Of a stretch of 64,000 bases of DNA, positions 35,715 to 50,538 are shown one piece after another. Position 1 is the first letter of the stretch. Every line of letters starts with the position of its first letter. Both the position numbers and the translations under genes were made by a program. This DNA comes from Malacoraja senta. Its lineage: Eukaryota. The stretch lies in assembly GCA_038087875.1 (NCBI GenBank), contig CM075992.1:2108001-2172000 (forward strand), given 5' to 3'. Under the pieces are notes generated by a model that saw nothing but the letters and a program-made list of their open reading frames with translations, had not been told where the DNA came from and ran no database searches.

Positions 35715-37234
35715 GTAACTTAACTAACCAGACCAGCAGTTTGGACACTAGTAGCAAGGACTTCAATCATCTGTTGTTCTCCTGCTCCCAATAACTATTG
35801 CACATAAAGTGCTCAATTATAATAAATCATCCTCTGTCTTTATGTCAGCAAGTCCCAGTGAATTTGCACTATTGCCATTTTCAGATGGAATTATGTAGTT
35901 TATTGTGTTCAACCTCTTGCTCAGTCTGATTCCTGATGTTCAACTGATGTATGAAAGCCTACACTTTTGGGCATGTTTATGTCAGGATAGTTGTCACAAG
36001 CTGCATTTTGGATTAAAAGGTGTTTTGTCTGTATTGCACAGTTTTGCATTAACTTATGATTTAGACTTGTGACTTCAATGTGACACATACCACTCACAGT
36101 ATCTGTAAGCTTTCTACAGCAGAACTGTTGTGTGTACATAAAATGCTGGAGCATCGCTGGAGAAAAGGAATAGATGACGTTTTGGGTCGAGATCCCTCTT
36201 CAGACCTAAAACGTCACCAAATCCTTTTCGCCAGAGATGCTGTCTGAACTGCTGAGTTACTCCAGCCTTTTGTGGCTGTCATTGGTTTAAACAAGCATTT
36301 GCAGTTCCTCCCTACACAAGCATGATATACATAATTGATAAAGGAAATATCTCCTGCCTGGCTGATTAATCACATCTACCAGGCTATGAAATAGAACCAA
36401 TGTTCCAAATTTCACATGAAACGCCAGAACTCCAAAAAATTGTGACTGTACAAAGAGTTAATAACCTTGGCATATGATGGGAAATTAGTGAAATTATGCA
36501 AGGTAACTGAATGAGCAATGAGTTAATGTGTTCCAAATTATCTTTCTACAATTGAAATGAGCACAGTTCCTTTTACTCCTGTCATAACACGTACCTTCTT
36601 CCTGTGGTTAATTATTGATCAATCATATGAATCTACATGATAACATTGTTTTTTATTCTTATGCAGTAGTAAATTGGCATGTATGCAAGTGTATAATTAG
36701 TTCCTTAAATAGCTAGTACTCCAGGGGTCAGTTTCAGTTCAATTACTTGTCAAAGATCAGTAGGCCACCCTTGGTCAAGTTGCAGACCCATAACATTATT
36801 GTCAGTCTTTCAAATGGGTATATTTTGCTTTGGTTACACAAGGCTCGAATGGATTTTTGTAAGTAACTTTGCCCAATGCAAAGTCCCCAGATTGGGGTCA
36901 CTTCTTTAACACAGCTTTTGATGTATTAATGGTGCTAGTGTTAAGATATAATGGAAAACCACATTGTGGTTAGCAGTCTATGGAAGTACTAATAGGCAAT
37001 ATATTGCAAGAGATCAGACTGCTTTGTGTCCACAATTCCTCTGTGTTAACCCTTTGGCTATCTTCCCATTCAAACGCTTCCCCCTTGTACTGAAAGTGAA
37101 AGGTTATTGTGGGTAAGTTGGGATGTGGAGTTGAGGTTACAGTCGGATCAGTTGTAATCTTGTTGAATGGTAGAGCTTGCCACGGGGACTAAGTGGCATA
37201 ACTGCTCCTATTTCATATTTCTATTATTTCCTGA

Positions 37235-37540
<306 letters not shown>

Positions 37541-37631
37541 TAAGAATTTATTTAACCCTGGTGGTCAGCTGTGTAAGAAATTAAATGTCCTGGATTTATT
37601 ATTCAAAAGTGTGTGTTCCTTTGTCTCGCAG

Positions 37632-37713
37632 ATCCCACGCAATTGCTTGTGTGAATCAGTTCATAATCGGCAGGGCCCAGGCACTTATGGACAATGTCGA
37701 TACTTTCATTGAG
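37632..37713 (+). CDS. TNPO2: TNPO2 coding exon 5
   Basis: [11 protein letters not shown]...DTFIE. Confidence 0.95.
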
Positions 37714-39206
37714 GTATGTGGTTTAAGTGCATGAATGGTCGGGTTGATAGCCATGATCCCACCTGTTTTAAAATCCCCAGCTACAATCCTAACCAGTGTA
37801 GCAGTGGGGATTCCTGAATTGCAGAGTGGGTACAGCCAGAGATCCTGCTCCCACTGCATACTACTGAAAATTGTGTATTGGCAGCCTGCCCGTCACATTT
37901 GCTAGCCATAGTGTGAGGAATTGGGCCTTGAGGATTTTTTTAAAGTGGTTGAGGAAGGAGACATTGAAGAGCTCAAATTGGAGGTGTTAAAGCTGTATCC
38001 CAGCACATCGCCTTCAGAAAACAAGAGAACGATGTTGGCAATTGATTTCTTGGTTTCCATCGATATGAAGTCCTTTATTTAAGGTGATAATTATTATAGG
38101 AAATGAGCAGCATGGGCACTCGGTATTGTACCTTTATTGAATCTCTTTGCTTCTGACGCTGTGTACTTCTCCAATGTGATCAGACCAAAATGATGTAAGC
38201 TCTTGGTGGTGAGGGCTGGTAGAATTGCACAACGCTTTAAATGCAGGAAGTGCTGGCTGACTTTGGTACTTTTTTTTACGAGAATTAGAGGGACATTTTA
38301 GATTTCCAAAATTATTTCTAATTGGATATTTGAAAGCTTTTGGCGCTCAAAGAGCTGTGGTTAGAATTATGGCAAGTCTGAGCCAGCTATCGGGGCAATG
38401 CCGTCAGTCCCATTCTTTGTGTGGATCTAATTTCCTTTTAAGGTAGATTTTGTTATTTGTCTCTGATGCTGCTATGGATTTATGTGTACCCAGGTTCTTC
38501 AGTCCTGTCACTCAGTAAAACTATCCCATTTGAAAATTCATCTCATCTATGAAAGTACATCTCATTAAAATTTCATTTGTCTTTTCATGCTTTCTCGCAG
38601 GCCTGTACCATCATTCTGCCTGTACCAAACTTCCAAGTTTTGCCATCTGAAAATTTTGGAATTTTACCATACATTCGTATGTTTCAGTCGTTCATTATAA
38701 AAAAAATAGTCCCATCACCCGCCCTGAGTATTACCACCTACCATCCTCCATCCGCTCTGAAGCATGACCATTTACTGCTTGCTTTCTGGCTTTATTTATG
38801 CTTCTGCATCCCTTCAATCTTATTGCTGCAATTTTACTTACCAGCCTTTTGTACTACTTTAAAAATGACCTGCTTCTTGCTCTTCAAATTGTATTTAAAT
38901 CTTTTTTTAAGATTTAATTTTCTCTCCCAGGTGATGCCTTCCATTTTTGAATAGTCACCATATTGGGTAGCTTGCCTGTGGCTGGAAATCAGCCTGCTTA
39001 AGTGTCAAGGTCAGTGTATGTATTAAAAGCCGACCTTTCACTTGGGGAGAGTTCATTGGATGTGTGTAAAAGGCAGTAGCCACTCGGCTAGCTAGTGGAC
39101 CTAGTCAGTAGCAAGATAAATACTTGGATTCACTTAGTGTTTAAATGTAGCATATATTGTGCAGTGTGTCTTGCGATTGGGTGATGATGTTACTCGTTTC
39201 CTGCAG

Positions 39207-39329
39207 CACCTATTTGCATTAGCGACGGATGAGGATTCGGAGGTGAGAAAAAATGTGTGTCGGGCACTGGTGATGCTGCTGGAAGTTCGGATAGATCGGC
39301 TTATCCCACACATGCACAGTATAATCCAG
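39207..39329 (+). CDS. TNPO2: TNPO2 coding exon 6
   Basis: HLFALA...[17 protein letters not shown]...IIQ. Confidence 0.95.
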
Positions 39330-41652
39330 GTATGATATCTGTGGTGATGCAAGTACACGCAACCTCATGTCCGATGTACACACTTCATTAGACTGATAGG
39401 GCCTCTGGCCCAAGTCATCCATTCAATCAAGATGCCCTCCAATGCTAATCCCGTTTACCCACGTTTGGACCACATCCTGATAAACCCCCCCCCCCCGTCC
39501 ATGTACCTGTCCAAATAATTTTTCCAGCACCTCTGGCAATTTGCTCCTTGTGTCCACCAGCCTCTGTAGGGGGCATTCTTTCCCCTCTCACCATAACCTT
39601 ATGCGAGTTTTAGACTCCCCTACCCTGGAAACAAAATTGGCTATCTACCCTACCTATGCTCATGATTCTATATATCTGAAGGTTACTCCTCAGCCTCCTT
39701 TGCTCTAGGGAAAACCCTGCCTGGTCACTCCTCATAGCCCAAGCCCTCCAGTTCAGGTAACATTTCTGTTACTCTTTTCTGAATCCTCTCCAGCTCATCC
39801 TTCCCATAGCACGGCGATCAGAACTGCGCACACTATTCCCAAGTATAGCAAAACCAACAATTTGCACAAATGTAACATCCCAACTGCTTTACCATGTCTC
39901 AACTGATAACGGAATGCAACCATATGTCTCCTTCACCACTCTATCGACCTGTGTTGCTGCTTGTACTAAAGTCATAAGTGATAGGAGTAGAATTCGGCCC
40001 ATCAATTCTACTCCGCCATTCAATTATGGCTGAGCAATCTCTCCATCCTAACCCTATTCTCCTGCCTTCTTCCCATAACCTCTGACACCTGTACTAATCA
40101 AAAATCTATCCGTGTAAATGCTTTTGATGGAGGGGAGGGCACGTCTGTTAAAGTATTTGGGGACATTGCTGGTGCTCTGCCTTCGTGAATGCATCTTTAT
40201 GCAGGGCATAGGACAAGTCATCCGAGATGTTAACTTCCAGGATCTTGAAGCTGCTCTCCCCACCACCACCCCGCCCTTCCTCCAACAATAGAAATTGGCC
40301 CCAGGTCTCCCAACTTCCCTTTCCTGACGTGAATGATTACTTCCTTGTTCTCATTAGTGCTGATTGTGAGGTTGTTTTTGTGCACATCTTAAGCAAGTAT
40401 TCCATCTTTCTCCTATATGCTGACTCATCACCGCCAATGATTTGGCCAACCACAGTTGTTTATAGACTATTGGAGCAATGCTTAGCCACGGAGTCGTGAG
40501 TGTAAAGAGCACGCAGCCCTGCGTAAGCGTTGTGTACCGTGTGTCATTGCGTGGTTTAACTATATAAAATGTAACTCTTTGCATCACCTATCTGTAGTGA
40601 TCTTTGACTCTGGATTTCGTTGACAGCTAGGGTGCACCTTTAAGATTGTAAGCAAAATTGTTCAGATTTGTTAGACCTGCAACAATTCGAAAAGCAAGCT
40701 ATTTGCCAATAAAATTAGTGTCGAATTGGTTATCACAGTTCATTGTGGGCAAGGATATACTCAACCCGTGGTTAATTGTGGACAATGAATTGGTGTCCGT
40801 GAGCAAGCATGTTCCTGCATCAGTGGTTGACAACCAACAGTTTGCCTTTGTTTCAGGATGGGATATTTCTTGGGCAATATGCTTTGGGGTTTTGAACAGA
40901 CGGAGCAATCAAGTGCAACTTTGGAAAAATAACCCATCAACGATGGCTCAAAGCTTCCTCTAGCTAGGTCATCAACCACTTGATTCCAGGGCAAAGTCTG
41001 TGGGTCTATTGAGTAGAAGCGGTGTTGGAATCTCAATCTTAAATTGGCTGATGTCCAGTCAATGATGCAGACTGCCTTATAAACATTGTGCAGAATTTGA
41101 TGACTTTCTGTGGGTTCGTTAGTTTCAGGTTGTAGGATTGAATGTGTTTTAAATGAAGTTCATCTGGATTGGTCGATAAATGCACATGATTGAATTTTAT
41201 GAAGATGGGCTTCCTGATTCATCAGTATTCCATTCTCGTTCCATTGGCAGGTTTGCAATTTATAGCCATTGTCTTGGGGTCAGTGTAGTGGGTACGAGAT
41301 TTAAAAAAAGTCTTCAATCATTCAGTGGCAGCTCAGAATATTTTCAGGCTTAATATTCTCAGAATATCAACAGGATTGTTTAAGGGTGGTCCTGCTATGT
41401 CAGGTTTACCTGGATTCTGGTGTCCTGGGGAAGTTGCGAGAAGTTGGTCAATGCCCCCAGACTTTTACTTTGGGGCGGGTTAGTGAATTTAATGGTTAAG
41501 CACTAACTCCTGGTCATTATCCAGTATGACACTAAATTGAGTAAGCTAGAGTTCTGGGTATTGCCAGAAACTTATATCTGCTATAATCCTGCCAGTAATT
41601 CATGAAATGACCCATTTCCTTCCTTCCACCATCTTCCCTCCCCCACCTTCAG

Positions 41653-41771
41653 TACATGTTGCAGAGGACGCAGGACAGTGATGAAAATGTAGCACTGGAA
41701 GCGTGCGAGTTCTGGCTGACGCTGGCTGAACAACCCATCTGCAAGGAGGCCCTATCAGGACATTTGATCCA
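41653..41771 (+). CDS. TNPO2: TNPO2 coding exon 7
   Basis: [29 protein letters not shown]. Confidence 0.95.
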
Positions 41772-42215
41772 GTAAGTATTTGTAGAATGGGGCTCATGAA
41801 GGCATTCTGCATTAAAAAAGGTAGATTACTATTTCCCCTCCTAGCATCCTGGTGGTCTATTGTTGCCTAATCATAGCAATTTGTGGTGGAGAGATTTGGG
41901 AAACACTTTAATCATTGTCCAAATTATTACACTGGTTCTAAATGAGATTTTTAACTTTTGTTTCTGAAATAACTTGTATGAATCAATACTAATTGCTTCT
42001 ACCATCTTAGGGAGACTGTCCAAGGAATGATTATGCACTGAATCTTTTCAACAGATCAGTTTTAAATTGCTCCTTAGGCCCTGTTGTGTTTCCACTTTTG
42101 TGAAGGCAATGAAAATAGCCATCTCCAGTACAACCCAAAGACTATCAGATACCATGATACTCTGAGGAGATTGTTTCTTCTGCACATTAATGTAGCTGAT
42201 ACTTTTGTTTTGTAG

Positions 42216-42275
42216 GTTGATTCCGATTTAGTGAATGGGATGAAATACTCGGAAATTGACATAATCCTTTTAAAG
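42216..42275 (+). CDS. TNPO2: TNPO2 coding exon 8 (1 nt short)
   Basis: LIPI-VNGMKYSEIDIILLK with one T missing. Confidence 0.88.
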
Positions 42276-42455
42276 GTGAGCGCCGTTAACTCTTGCAATG
42301 CTTTCTGGGGGTTGAGTTTGGACCTGTGACAGTGCAAGAATGGATCTCCTTTTCAGTTCTTGTCAAAAGTACGCAGAACAGCTTTTCTGAACTGCACATA
42401 ATTTTAAAAATCAGTTCTGACTGATATTAACCTATTGTCTTGCACTTGCTGCTAG

Positions 42456-42613
42456 GGTGATGTGGAAGAGGATGATACAGTCCCAGACAGTGAGCAGGAT
42501 ATAAAGCCACGTTTCACAAGTCCCTACGGTTACCCTGCAGCATGAGGAGGATGCCGCTGAGGAAGATGAGGACTTCGATGACGACGATGACACTCTCTCT
42601 GACTGGAACCTGA
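42456..42613 (+). CDS. TNPO2: TNPO2 coding exon 9 (acidic loop; 2 nt short)
   Basis: GDVEEDD.VPDSEQDIKPRF...DDDDDTLSDWNL. Confidence 0.88.
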
Positions 42614-43476
42614 GTATGTTTTCTCTACAGTGACTTTGCTAATAAGGCGCATTTACCCAGGCATTAGATGCAGTGTCAAGGTAAACTATTAGTTGCTTCA
42701 TGATGGAGGGATCCCTGAGAGCTTGCTGGCTGGGTTGGGTGTAGATCAGCTGCAATTCTTACTCCTATATGCTGGATAGCCTGGACCAATGCCTACTAAG
42801 CGAGGACATTTGCTCACGTGTCACATCACCTCTGAATACCCTTTCCTGTCACATGCTATCTGATTGATTCTGAACTACATACAAAATTGGGGCCTTTTAG
42901 ATGGAAATTGGACAAATTATGAGAGAATCAGCACTGAAACTATATAAGAGATCTTTACCCTTATTTTCCACCTGGTCTTTATGTCATCAGGTGGAGAGCA
43001 GGGAATGAGTAGAGTCTGGAGTGTTTTATTGTCATGTGCCCCAGATAGAACAATGGAATTCTTACTTGCTGCAGCACAACGAATATGTAAACATAGTACA
43101 CTGTAAACAATAATGATAAACGAGAGAGGAAAAAAGTTCCACTCACACACTCACACACACCCCTTCTAAGTGAAACTTTGGTGAGGATGGAATTGCCAAT
43201 TAATGACAAATGTCCGATCATCTTTAATGTTTAAAGAAGGAACTGCAGATGCTGATAATCGAAGGTAGACAAAAATGCTGGAGAAAATTCAGCGAGTGAG
43301 GCATCATCTTTAATGTGTGCATGTTGATAAATTTCACACATTGCCTTCCTTTGACTCTTTAGTTTTTGGGTTGGGTTGGTCTGGCATTTCCGTATGCACT
43401 GGAGTAGTTGCATGTGTGAGTCTGGGGCATGAGGTGCATGTTGTGTGAGTGCTCATGGTTTGTTCTTTCACATTAG

Positions 43477-43630
43477 GGAAATGCTCAGCTGCAGCACTAG
43501 ATGTCTTGGCCATTGTTTTTCAGAGATGATCTTCTGCCTCACCTTCTGCCACTGCTGAAAGGACTGCTGTTCCCTCCGGATTGGGTTGTTAAGGAATCTG
43601 GAATCTGGTATTGGGCGTCAATCGCTGAAG
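43477..43630 (+). CDS. TNPO2: TNPO2 coding exon 10 (several indels)
   Basis: [12 protein letters not shown]...[14 protein letters not shown]...KESGI...IAE. Confidence 0.88.
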
Positions 43631-44279
43631 GTATGATACAAATGTTAGGGTACAGAAAGTTTTCTTGTAACAAAAGAGTTCAATTCTTGAGAACCAAGTT
43701 GGAAATGAGCAAAAAAAGGTGTGTGGAAGAGTATCACCAAAACAGTTGTGACAGGAGAGTGAGCAAGCAGAGCTGCTGCTAATCATCTTCGCTGTCTCAG
43801 TGAGCAAGCGAGCCTGCTCGGAGGCTGTGTTTGGGGGGGGGGGGGGGGGGAAGGGGAAGGAAGGTGTTGAGGGAAGAGAAGGCACATGGAAATGCTCTGT
43901 TTTCACCCAGCAGAAGAGGCAAATCCATTCCCCATCCATTTTATGTCTCCCAAACGTTTGTTTGTATGCACAGAGTATTAATAAGTTTAGTGTCCGTAAC
44001 CTGGGGATGGCCTAGATACTTACAAAAACTGTTATTGTGGATGGGAGCAGTTATGGAAGCGACCTTTTTCTTAAGAAATGAGATTTAATCTTAAAGCTTG
44101 TATGTTTGTTTCTTAGCCAGGTCTTTTTTTTTTTGCCTTTTAAATTGAATCGAATAATTCAGAATGCGGTTTCTTTCTGGGCTTACGTGCAACATCCTTT
44201 GCATTTGTCAGTTTTAAATATTCTATAGGTGTAGATTTCAGCACTGGTAGGTCATGCCTTAGTGTAAGAGACCATGTTA

Positions 44280-44500
44280 GGGATGCGCAGCAGTGGAGTT
44301 GCTGCCTTGCAGCACAAGGGACCCAGGTTCGATCCTGACTACTGGTGCTGTCTGTACGGAGTTTGTGTGTTCTCCATGGGGTTTCTCTGGGCGCTCCGGT
44401 TTCCTCCCACATTCCAAAGACATACTGGTTTGCGAGTTAATTGGCTTATGTAAATTGTCCCTCCGTGGGCTGAAGGGCCTGTTTCCTTTTCTAAACTAAA
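44280..44500 (+). mobile_element. tRNA-derived SINE, internally deleted
   Basis: B box ggttcgatcc and SINE body and tail. Confidence 0.7.
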
Positions 44501-44529
44501 TCGGGCACCATGCTGAGCTATGAATCTGA

Positions 44530-44925
<396 letters not shown>

Positions 44926-45341
44926 TGAGCTGGGTCTGCAGTATTCTTTCTTGAAAAATGCAACACAGCAGTGCTAATAAGATGCCTATATCGAAAATCT
45001 CTATCCTCATCTTGGATCTATAGAGCTGTTTGTAGTGATCCTGAAGGCTGACAAGCCTGATGCTGCTGGAACTAATTTCCATCCAGTCTTACAGAGCAGA
45101 TTTGTACAGGTGTCGGGGGTTATGGGGAGAGTGCAGGAGAATGGGGTTCAGAGGGAAATAAATCATGATTTCTGTGTGTTTGTTCAGGATTCTGCGATTG
45201 TGACAGAGTATACTGGTCATGAGCCATGGAAAATATTTACAGTTAGAGCAAAGTTGATGTACTAGAAATAATTCCAGCCACAATGTAACTTAAATATTGA
45301 GCACACAAATTTCTGGCTGCAACCTGTCTGTGTAATCCTGA

Positions 45342-45812
<471 letters not shown>

Positions 45813-46306
45813 TAATCCTGGCATTCCCAATTGCATTGTACACATCTAAAATGAGGGGTCTGTCAAGTGACGTGGCAGCCCTGCTAAACAACAAGAGCGG
45901 TTTTGGGTGGACAGCTAAACAACCCCATAATTAGTGGTTCGTAACTGCATTCTTACTGGGTGTAATCATGATGGGAGGGAGGTGGGGGCTCTAAGAACAT
46001 GCCATACTTAGTAATAGCAGAGCCCAGCATTTGAATGATAAAGATAAGGGAGGATGAAGCATTTGCACCTCTTCAAGTGCAAATAAATGAGCCGTATTGA
46101 CTTCTCTTTCACCGAAGCTAATCTTTACTAAAATCAATTTACTGTTACCAAGAAATGGCCGAAGGCATTGAATACAGCAAAGGCTATCCACCCCAGCTGA
46201 TGTTTTGAAGATTTTTTTAACTCTAGAAACCAACTGTGCCTGTAACCAAAATGTTCCATTGCAGTTACAACACTGACCCAAAAAGTTTGTAAAATTAGTC
46301 AAGTAA

Positions 46307-46700
46307 AGGCAAGGCAAGGCAAGGCAACTTTATTTATATAGCACATTTCATACACGAGGCAGACTCAAAGTGCTTCACATAAAAACATGTCATACAATAA
46401 ATGAAATAATAAAATGAAATAAAATAGAAGAACTAAAAGAAAAGAAAAACAAAATTAAAAATGCATTATAAAAAGTGCAAAAGTTAAAAGTGCAATGTAG
46501 TTAAGATTTAGCTGAAAGCTAAAGTAAACATAAAAGTTTTCAGTCTTGTTTTAAAAGTGGTCAAAGTTGAGGCAAGTCTTAAATCTTCAGGAAGTTTATT
46601 CCAGCTATTTGTTGCATAGTAACTAAATCCTGCTTTCCCATGTTTTGTATTTACTCTGGGAATCACTAGCAGATTGGTTTCAGAAGATCTTAGCGGATCT
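46307..46700 (-). mobile_element. L2-type LINE 3' end with (TTGCC)n tail
   Basis: LLVIPRV..KHG..FSYYA..SWNKLP..LR....FKTRLKT. Confidence 0.75.
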
Positions 46701-47081
46701 AAAGGAGAAAGATCCAGTCTGGCCACGTACTGCTTGAGTTGCAATGGAGTTTTGTCCTGTGCCTTTGAACATTGCTTCTCCTGCCGCCTGATTGTGCTGA
46801 GTTACTGTAGCATTTGCTTAAATCTGTCTTTGTTACAGGTGTAACCTGCTATAGTCAAATTGTCCATACCCTTCAAGTTCCCTTGTCCTGGTCAGGCCAC
46901 CCAAGCAGTAATGTACGTGAGACTTGATTCTGGTTTTCTTACATAGAAAGTATGTGGAAATGATGGGAACATTTTCTACAGCGGAACTATTGTGTGTGGG
47001 GACAGCTTGCATTTTGTGGGTTGGGGTCACTTCCTTTGCACGGGTGGATGCTTATAACAGGCGCTTTCTCTGTGTCCACAG

Positions 47082-47168
47082 GAGTACATCCAGAAGCTAA
47101 TGCCGCCACTCATTCAAAAATGGAATGAGCTCAAGGATGAAGATAAGGATCTCTTCCCTCTATTGGAG
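47082..47168 (+). CDS. TNPO2: TNPO2 coding exon 13
   Basis: [29 protein letters not shown]. Confidence 0.95.
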
Positions 47169-48164
47169 GTGAGTTATCATTACGTGCTGCCGTGTCTCAG
47201 AGATATTTGGAATGATACCACCGCTATGGGTGGAAAATTGATGGCTGCATATTCTCTGTATTTGAGAGTAATTTGAGAAGTCCAAGTAGAATTAGAAAAC
47301 CTTGTAGCACATTTTTAAAGAAACATTTGGACAGATACATGGATAGGTTTAGAGGGATATGGGCCAGACGCAGGCAGGTGGGACAAGTATAGATGGGACA
47401 TATGGCTGGTGAAGTCAAGTTGGACCGAAGGCCCCTGTTTCCATACTGTATGACTATAATTCTAAAAAATATCAGACCCACCACTGCTCACGTGCTCTTT
47501 TGTATATGTCACACGACATTTGAAATATTGCTTTTAGTATTTAACCATCTGTTTCTGGTCAATCATATCCTAATATTATCCCTAACTTTTAAGGGCTTAA
47601 TTGACTCCATCCAGCTGCCAAATCATTGAGCAGTTACTACCCTGTCCTCTTTGGATATTGCAAACCTACTGTTTTCTCTTCCTGGTCGGACCGCACTGGG
47701 AACAAATGTACAAGTTTACAAACTTAGTACAATTAAAAAGAACTTGGAAATACTGTGAAAATTGGGATGTTATAGAGCATTGTTATGGAGGATGCAAGAC
47801 CTAACACAGACTGTGTCCATGCTATACTGTATAATGAACTGCTATCTTATCCTCTGCAAATGTATATAATATTTTGTAAATTGTTTGGTGTGACACTTAA
47901 CCACATAGATTAGGTAAAATTGCACTTCTGACATTTGCTGATCTCTGGATACTGAAATAAGCCATAGAGCAGAGTTCTTGCTCTTTGCTGCCATATGGAA
48001 ACCTACGCTGGAAAGTGCAGGTGTAAAAGTTTCCGCGTCACAATAAAGCACTTACCCGTATGATATGATCCACAATGATGGTTTCAGAGCAGAGGATGTT
48101 CCACTTGTTTTGAACCCTGCTCCCAGTGTGGTTGCCCTGATGACATTTGCTATTGATCCCGTAA

Positions 48165-48374
<210 letters not shown>

Positions 48375-48646
48375 TAGCTGAACACCTTCAATGTCAGGGT
48401 GCATCTTCATCGGTTGCAGAGTAAGTGCTGCCTGTAGCACAGTGGAAAGCTATGACTGTATGCAGTGGGCAAGTTGCATGGTATGCAGGGTATTGCAGGG
48501 TGTGGAGGTCCACAGCATGGTTTCAGTTGCAGACTCGGCTGGTTTAAGCTTGTGTGAAACATAAATGACCAAATGAGTGTCAGTGACATGGATTTTCGCT
48601 TTGGTTGTGCTAGTTGATCTTAAAATAGTTGAATCTGGGACATGCC

Positions 48647-48725
48647 GTTGCTCTGATGAATAGAAATGCAGACATTCGAATACTGAATAACTTCTGTTGA
48701 TTTTTTTTCTTTGTTCTGAAGCAGC
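48647..48725 (+). ncRNA. Box C/D snoRNA, copy 1 (18S rRNA guide; possibly SNORD135-like)
   Basis: C TGATGA 48654, guide GCAGACATTCGAAT, D' CTGA 48683, C' TGTTGA, D CTGA 48716, terminal stem gttgct/agcagc. Confidence 0.8.
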
Positions 48726-48829
48726 ATGTACCATTTTCAATGTTCCCCATGTAAGAATAGGGTTGGTGTCTTTCTGTGTTATCGACGAATGTTTCCTTAC
48801 TGTTTTTCTCTTATCACTTTTGTTCTCAG

Positions 48830-48988
48830 ATGTATAATACTCAGCCGGATCAATACGAGGCTCCAGACAAGGACTTCATGATAGTGGCCCTGGATCTGCT
48901 GAGCGGCTTGGCAGAGGGCCTCGGTGGCAATGTAGAGCAGTTGGTAGCTCGGAGTAACATCATGACTCTTCTATTTCAGTGCATGCAG
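48830..48988 (+). CDS. TNPO2: TNPO2 coding exon 15
   Basis: [27 protein letters not shown]...QCMQ; donor GCAAGT. Confidence 0.93.
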
Positions 48989-49542
48989 GCAAGTGAAAGG
49001 AAGCCACGCTTGACAATTTGCGCCAGAATTTTTATGGCCTTGGTGTATCTGATCGAAGTGCTGCCAAAGATTTAATCATGGTTGCATTGCCTAAAAACCT
49101 GCTGGCAAATCCCACAATGTGAATTATTGCGAGCCATACATTAATAAAGTCTAGGAGTGGTAAAATGCCCCTTATTTTGGTTTAATATCTTGTCTAGATG
49201 TTAGCAGGATCAGCAATGCACTAGTGCCTCAAATATGGCACAAGTTTTGCTTAACTCTGAGATTAGTTTACCTTTTTGACAGTGAGTAAAGAGGTAGTGG
49301 CATTTACTCTCCCAGCCTGAACCAAATGACTTCCTACTTCAAGGTGAATCTGTGCCATCTAAGTGACGCATTGATCTAACATTTGGTTATTTTGGACCCT
49401 TGAGTCTGTATTGTGCCCTGTTACATATTTTCCCACAGAGCTACTATCTACAATCTTGTTTGGTGTAGTCATTGATTTAACATAAAACGGAATGAAGTTG
49501 TTTTGTTCTTCATTATTGTAACGGTGAACTGAATATTATAGA

Positions 49543-50360
49543 GATTTGATTTGATTTATTTCTTGTCATTTGAACCTCAAAGAGGCTCAAACGAAACTCT
49601 GTTTCCACAGCCATACAAACAAAACAATTCCTACAAGACACACAAACAATTCAATTTACAGAAAAACATCCATCACAGTGAATCTCCTCCTCACTGTGAT
49701 GGAAGGCAAAGTCTTTTCTCTCCCCTGCCCCATTTTTCTCCCGATGTTGAAGCCCCAGGCGGGCAATGTTAAGTCCCACGCCCGGGCGGTATACAGCCTC
49801 GCTCCGGGCCCAAAAGTCACAAAGTTGGAGCCCCCGGCGGGCGCTGGATTTACGGCCCCGCTCCGGTCGTTCCAACCCCGCGACTCGAGCTGGAGAAGTT
49901 GCGTTGCGGGAGCTCCGGAAAGCGGTCTCTCACCCGGACCCGCGAACTCCCGATATCATAGTCCACAGGTCTGCAGCTGGAGCTCCGGAGTCGGGCAGCA
50001 GCAGCGAGCCACAACCGCTCCCCGCGCTCCGAGGCCGGCCAGCCCCACGATGGTGAGTCCGCAGCTCCACAGGCTCCGCGACTGGAGCCCCCAGGTCGTC
50101 CCGGTCGGAGGCCGCTTCACGGAGCTAGGCCCCAACGACAACGGAGACCCGACAGGGAAAAGGTCGGGTCTCCCGTGCAGGGATGAGATTTTTAAAGTTT
50201 CCCCCCCCCCGCCCCCCACATATACACAATTAAAACAGTACAAAAAAAACACAAACAACTACATTTAACTAGACAAAAATAATTTAAAAAAAATAATTAA
50301 AAAAAAGACAGACGGGCTGTAGGGGCCGCTGCAGTAATCCGCGCCGCCGCACTCCGAAGA
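49543..50360 (-). mobile_element. GC-rich non-autonomous retroelement-like insertion with (ATCAA)n tail
   Basis: Abrupt CpG-rich block in an AT-rich intron with a short tandem tail; family not assigned. Confidence 0.5.
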
Positions 50361-50450
50361 TGAACAGGGTTGAGGAAGAAGGTCAATTATGCCGTGTTAT
50401 AATCCATGGGCTTTGGGTTTTCAGTGACACATCTTGTGTCTCCTCTCTAG

Positions 50451-50538
50451 GACACCATGCCAGAGGTGCGTCAGAGTTCATTTGCACTTTTGGGAGATCT
50501 CACCAAAGCATGTTTCCAGCATGTTAAACCCTGTATAG
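50451..50538 (+). CDS. TNPO2: TNPO2 coding exon 16
   Basis: [29 protein letters not shown]. Confidence 0.95.

Noticed and set aside
42216-43630. TNPO2 as a pseudogene
   Set aside because: Lesions confined to 1.4 kb while 19 other exons, splice sites and promoter are intact
49570-50268. 232-aa ORF in a TNPO2 intron
   Set aside because: Lies in a GC-rich repeat insertion; no recognisable protein motif
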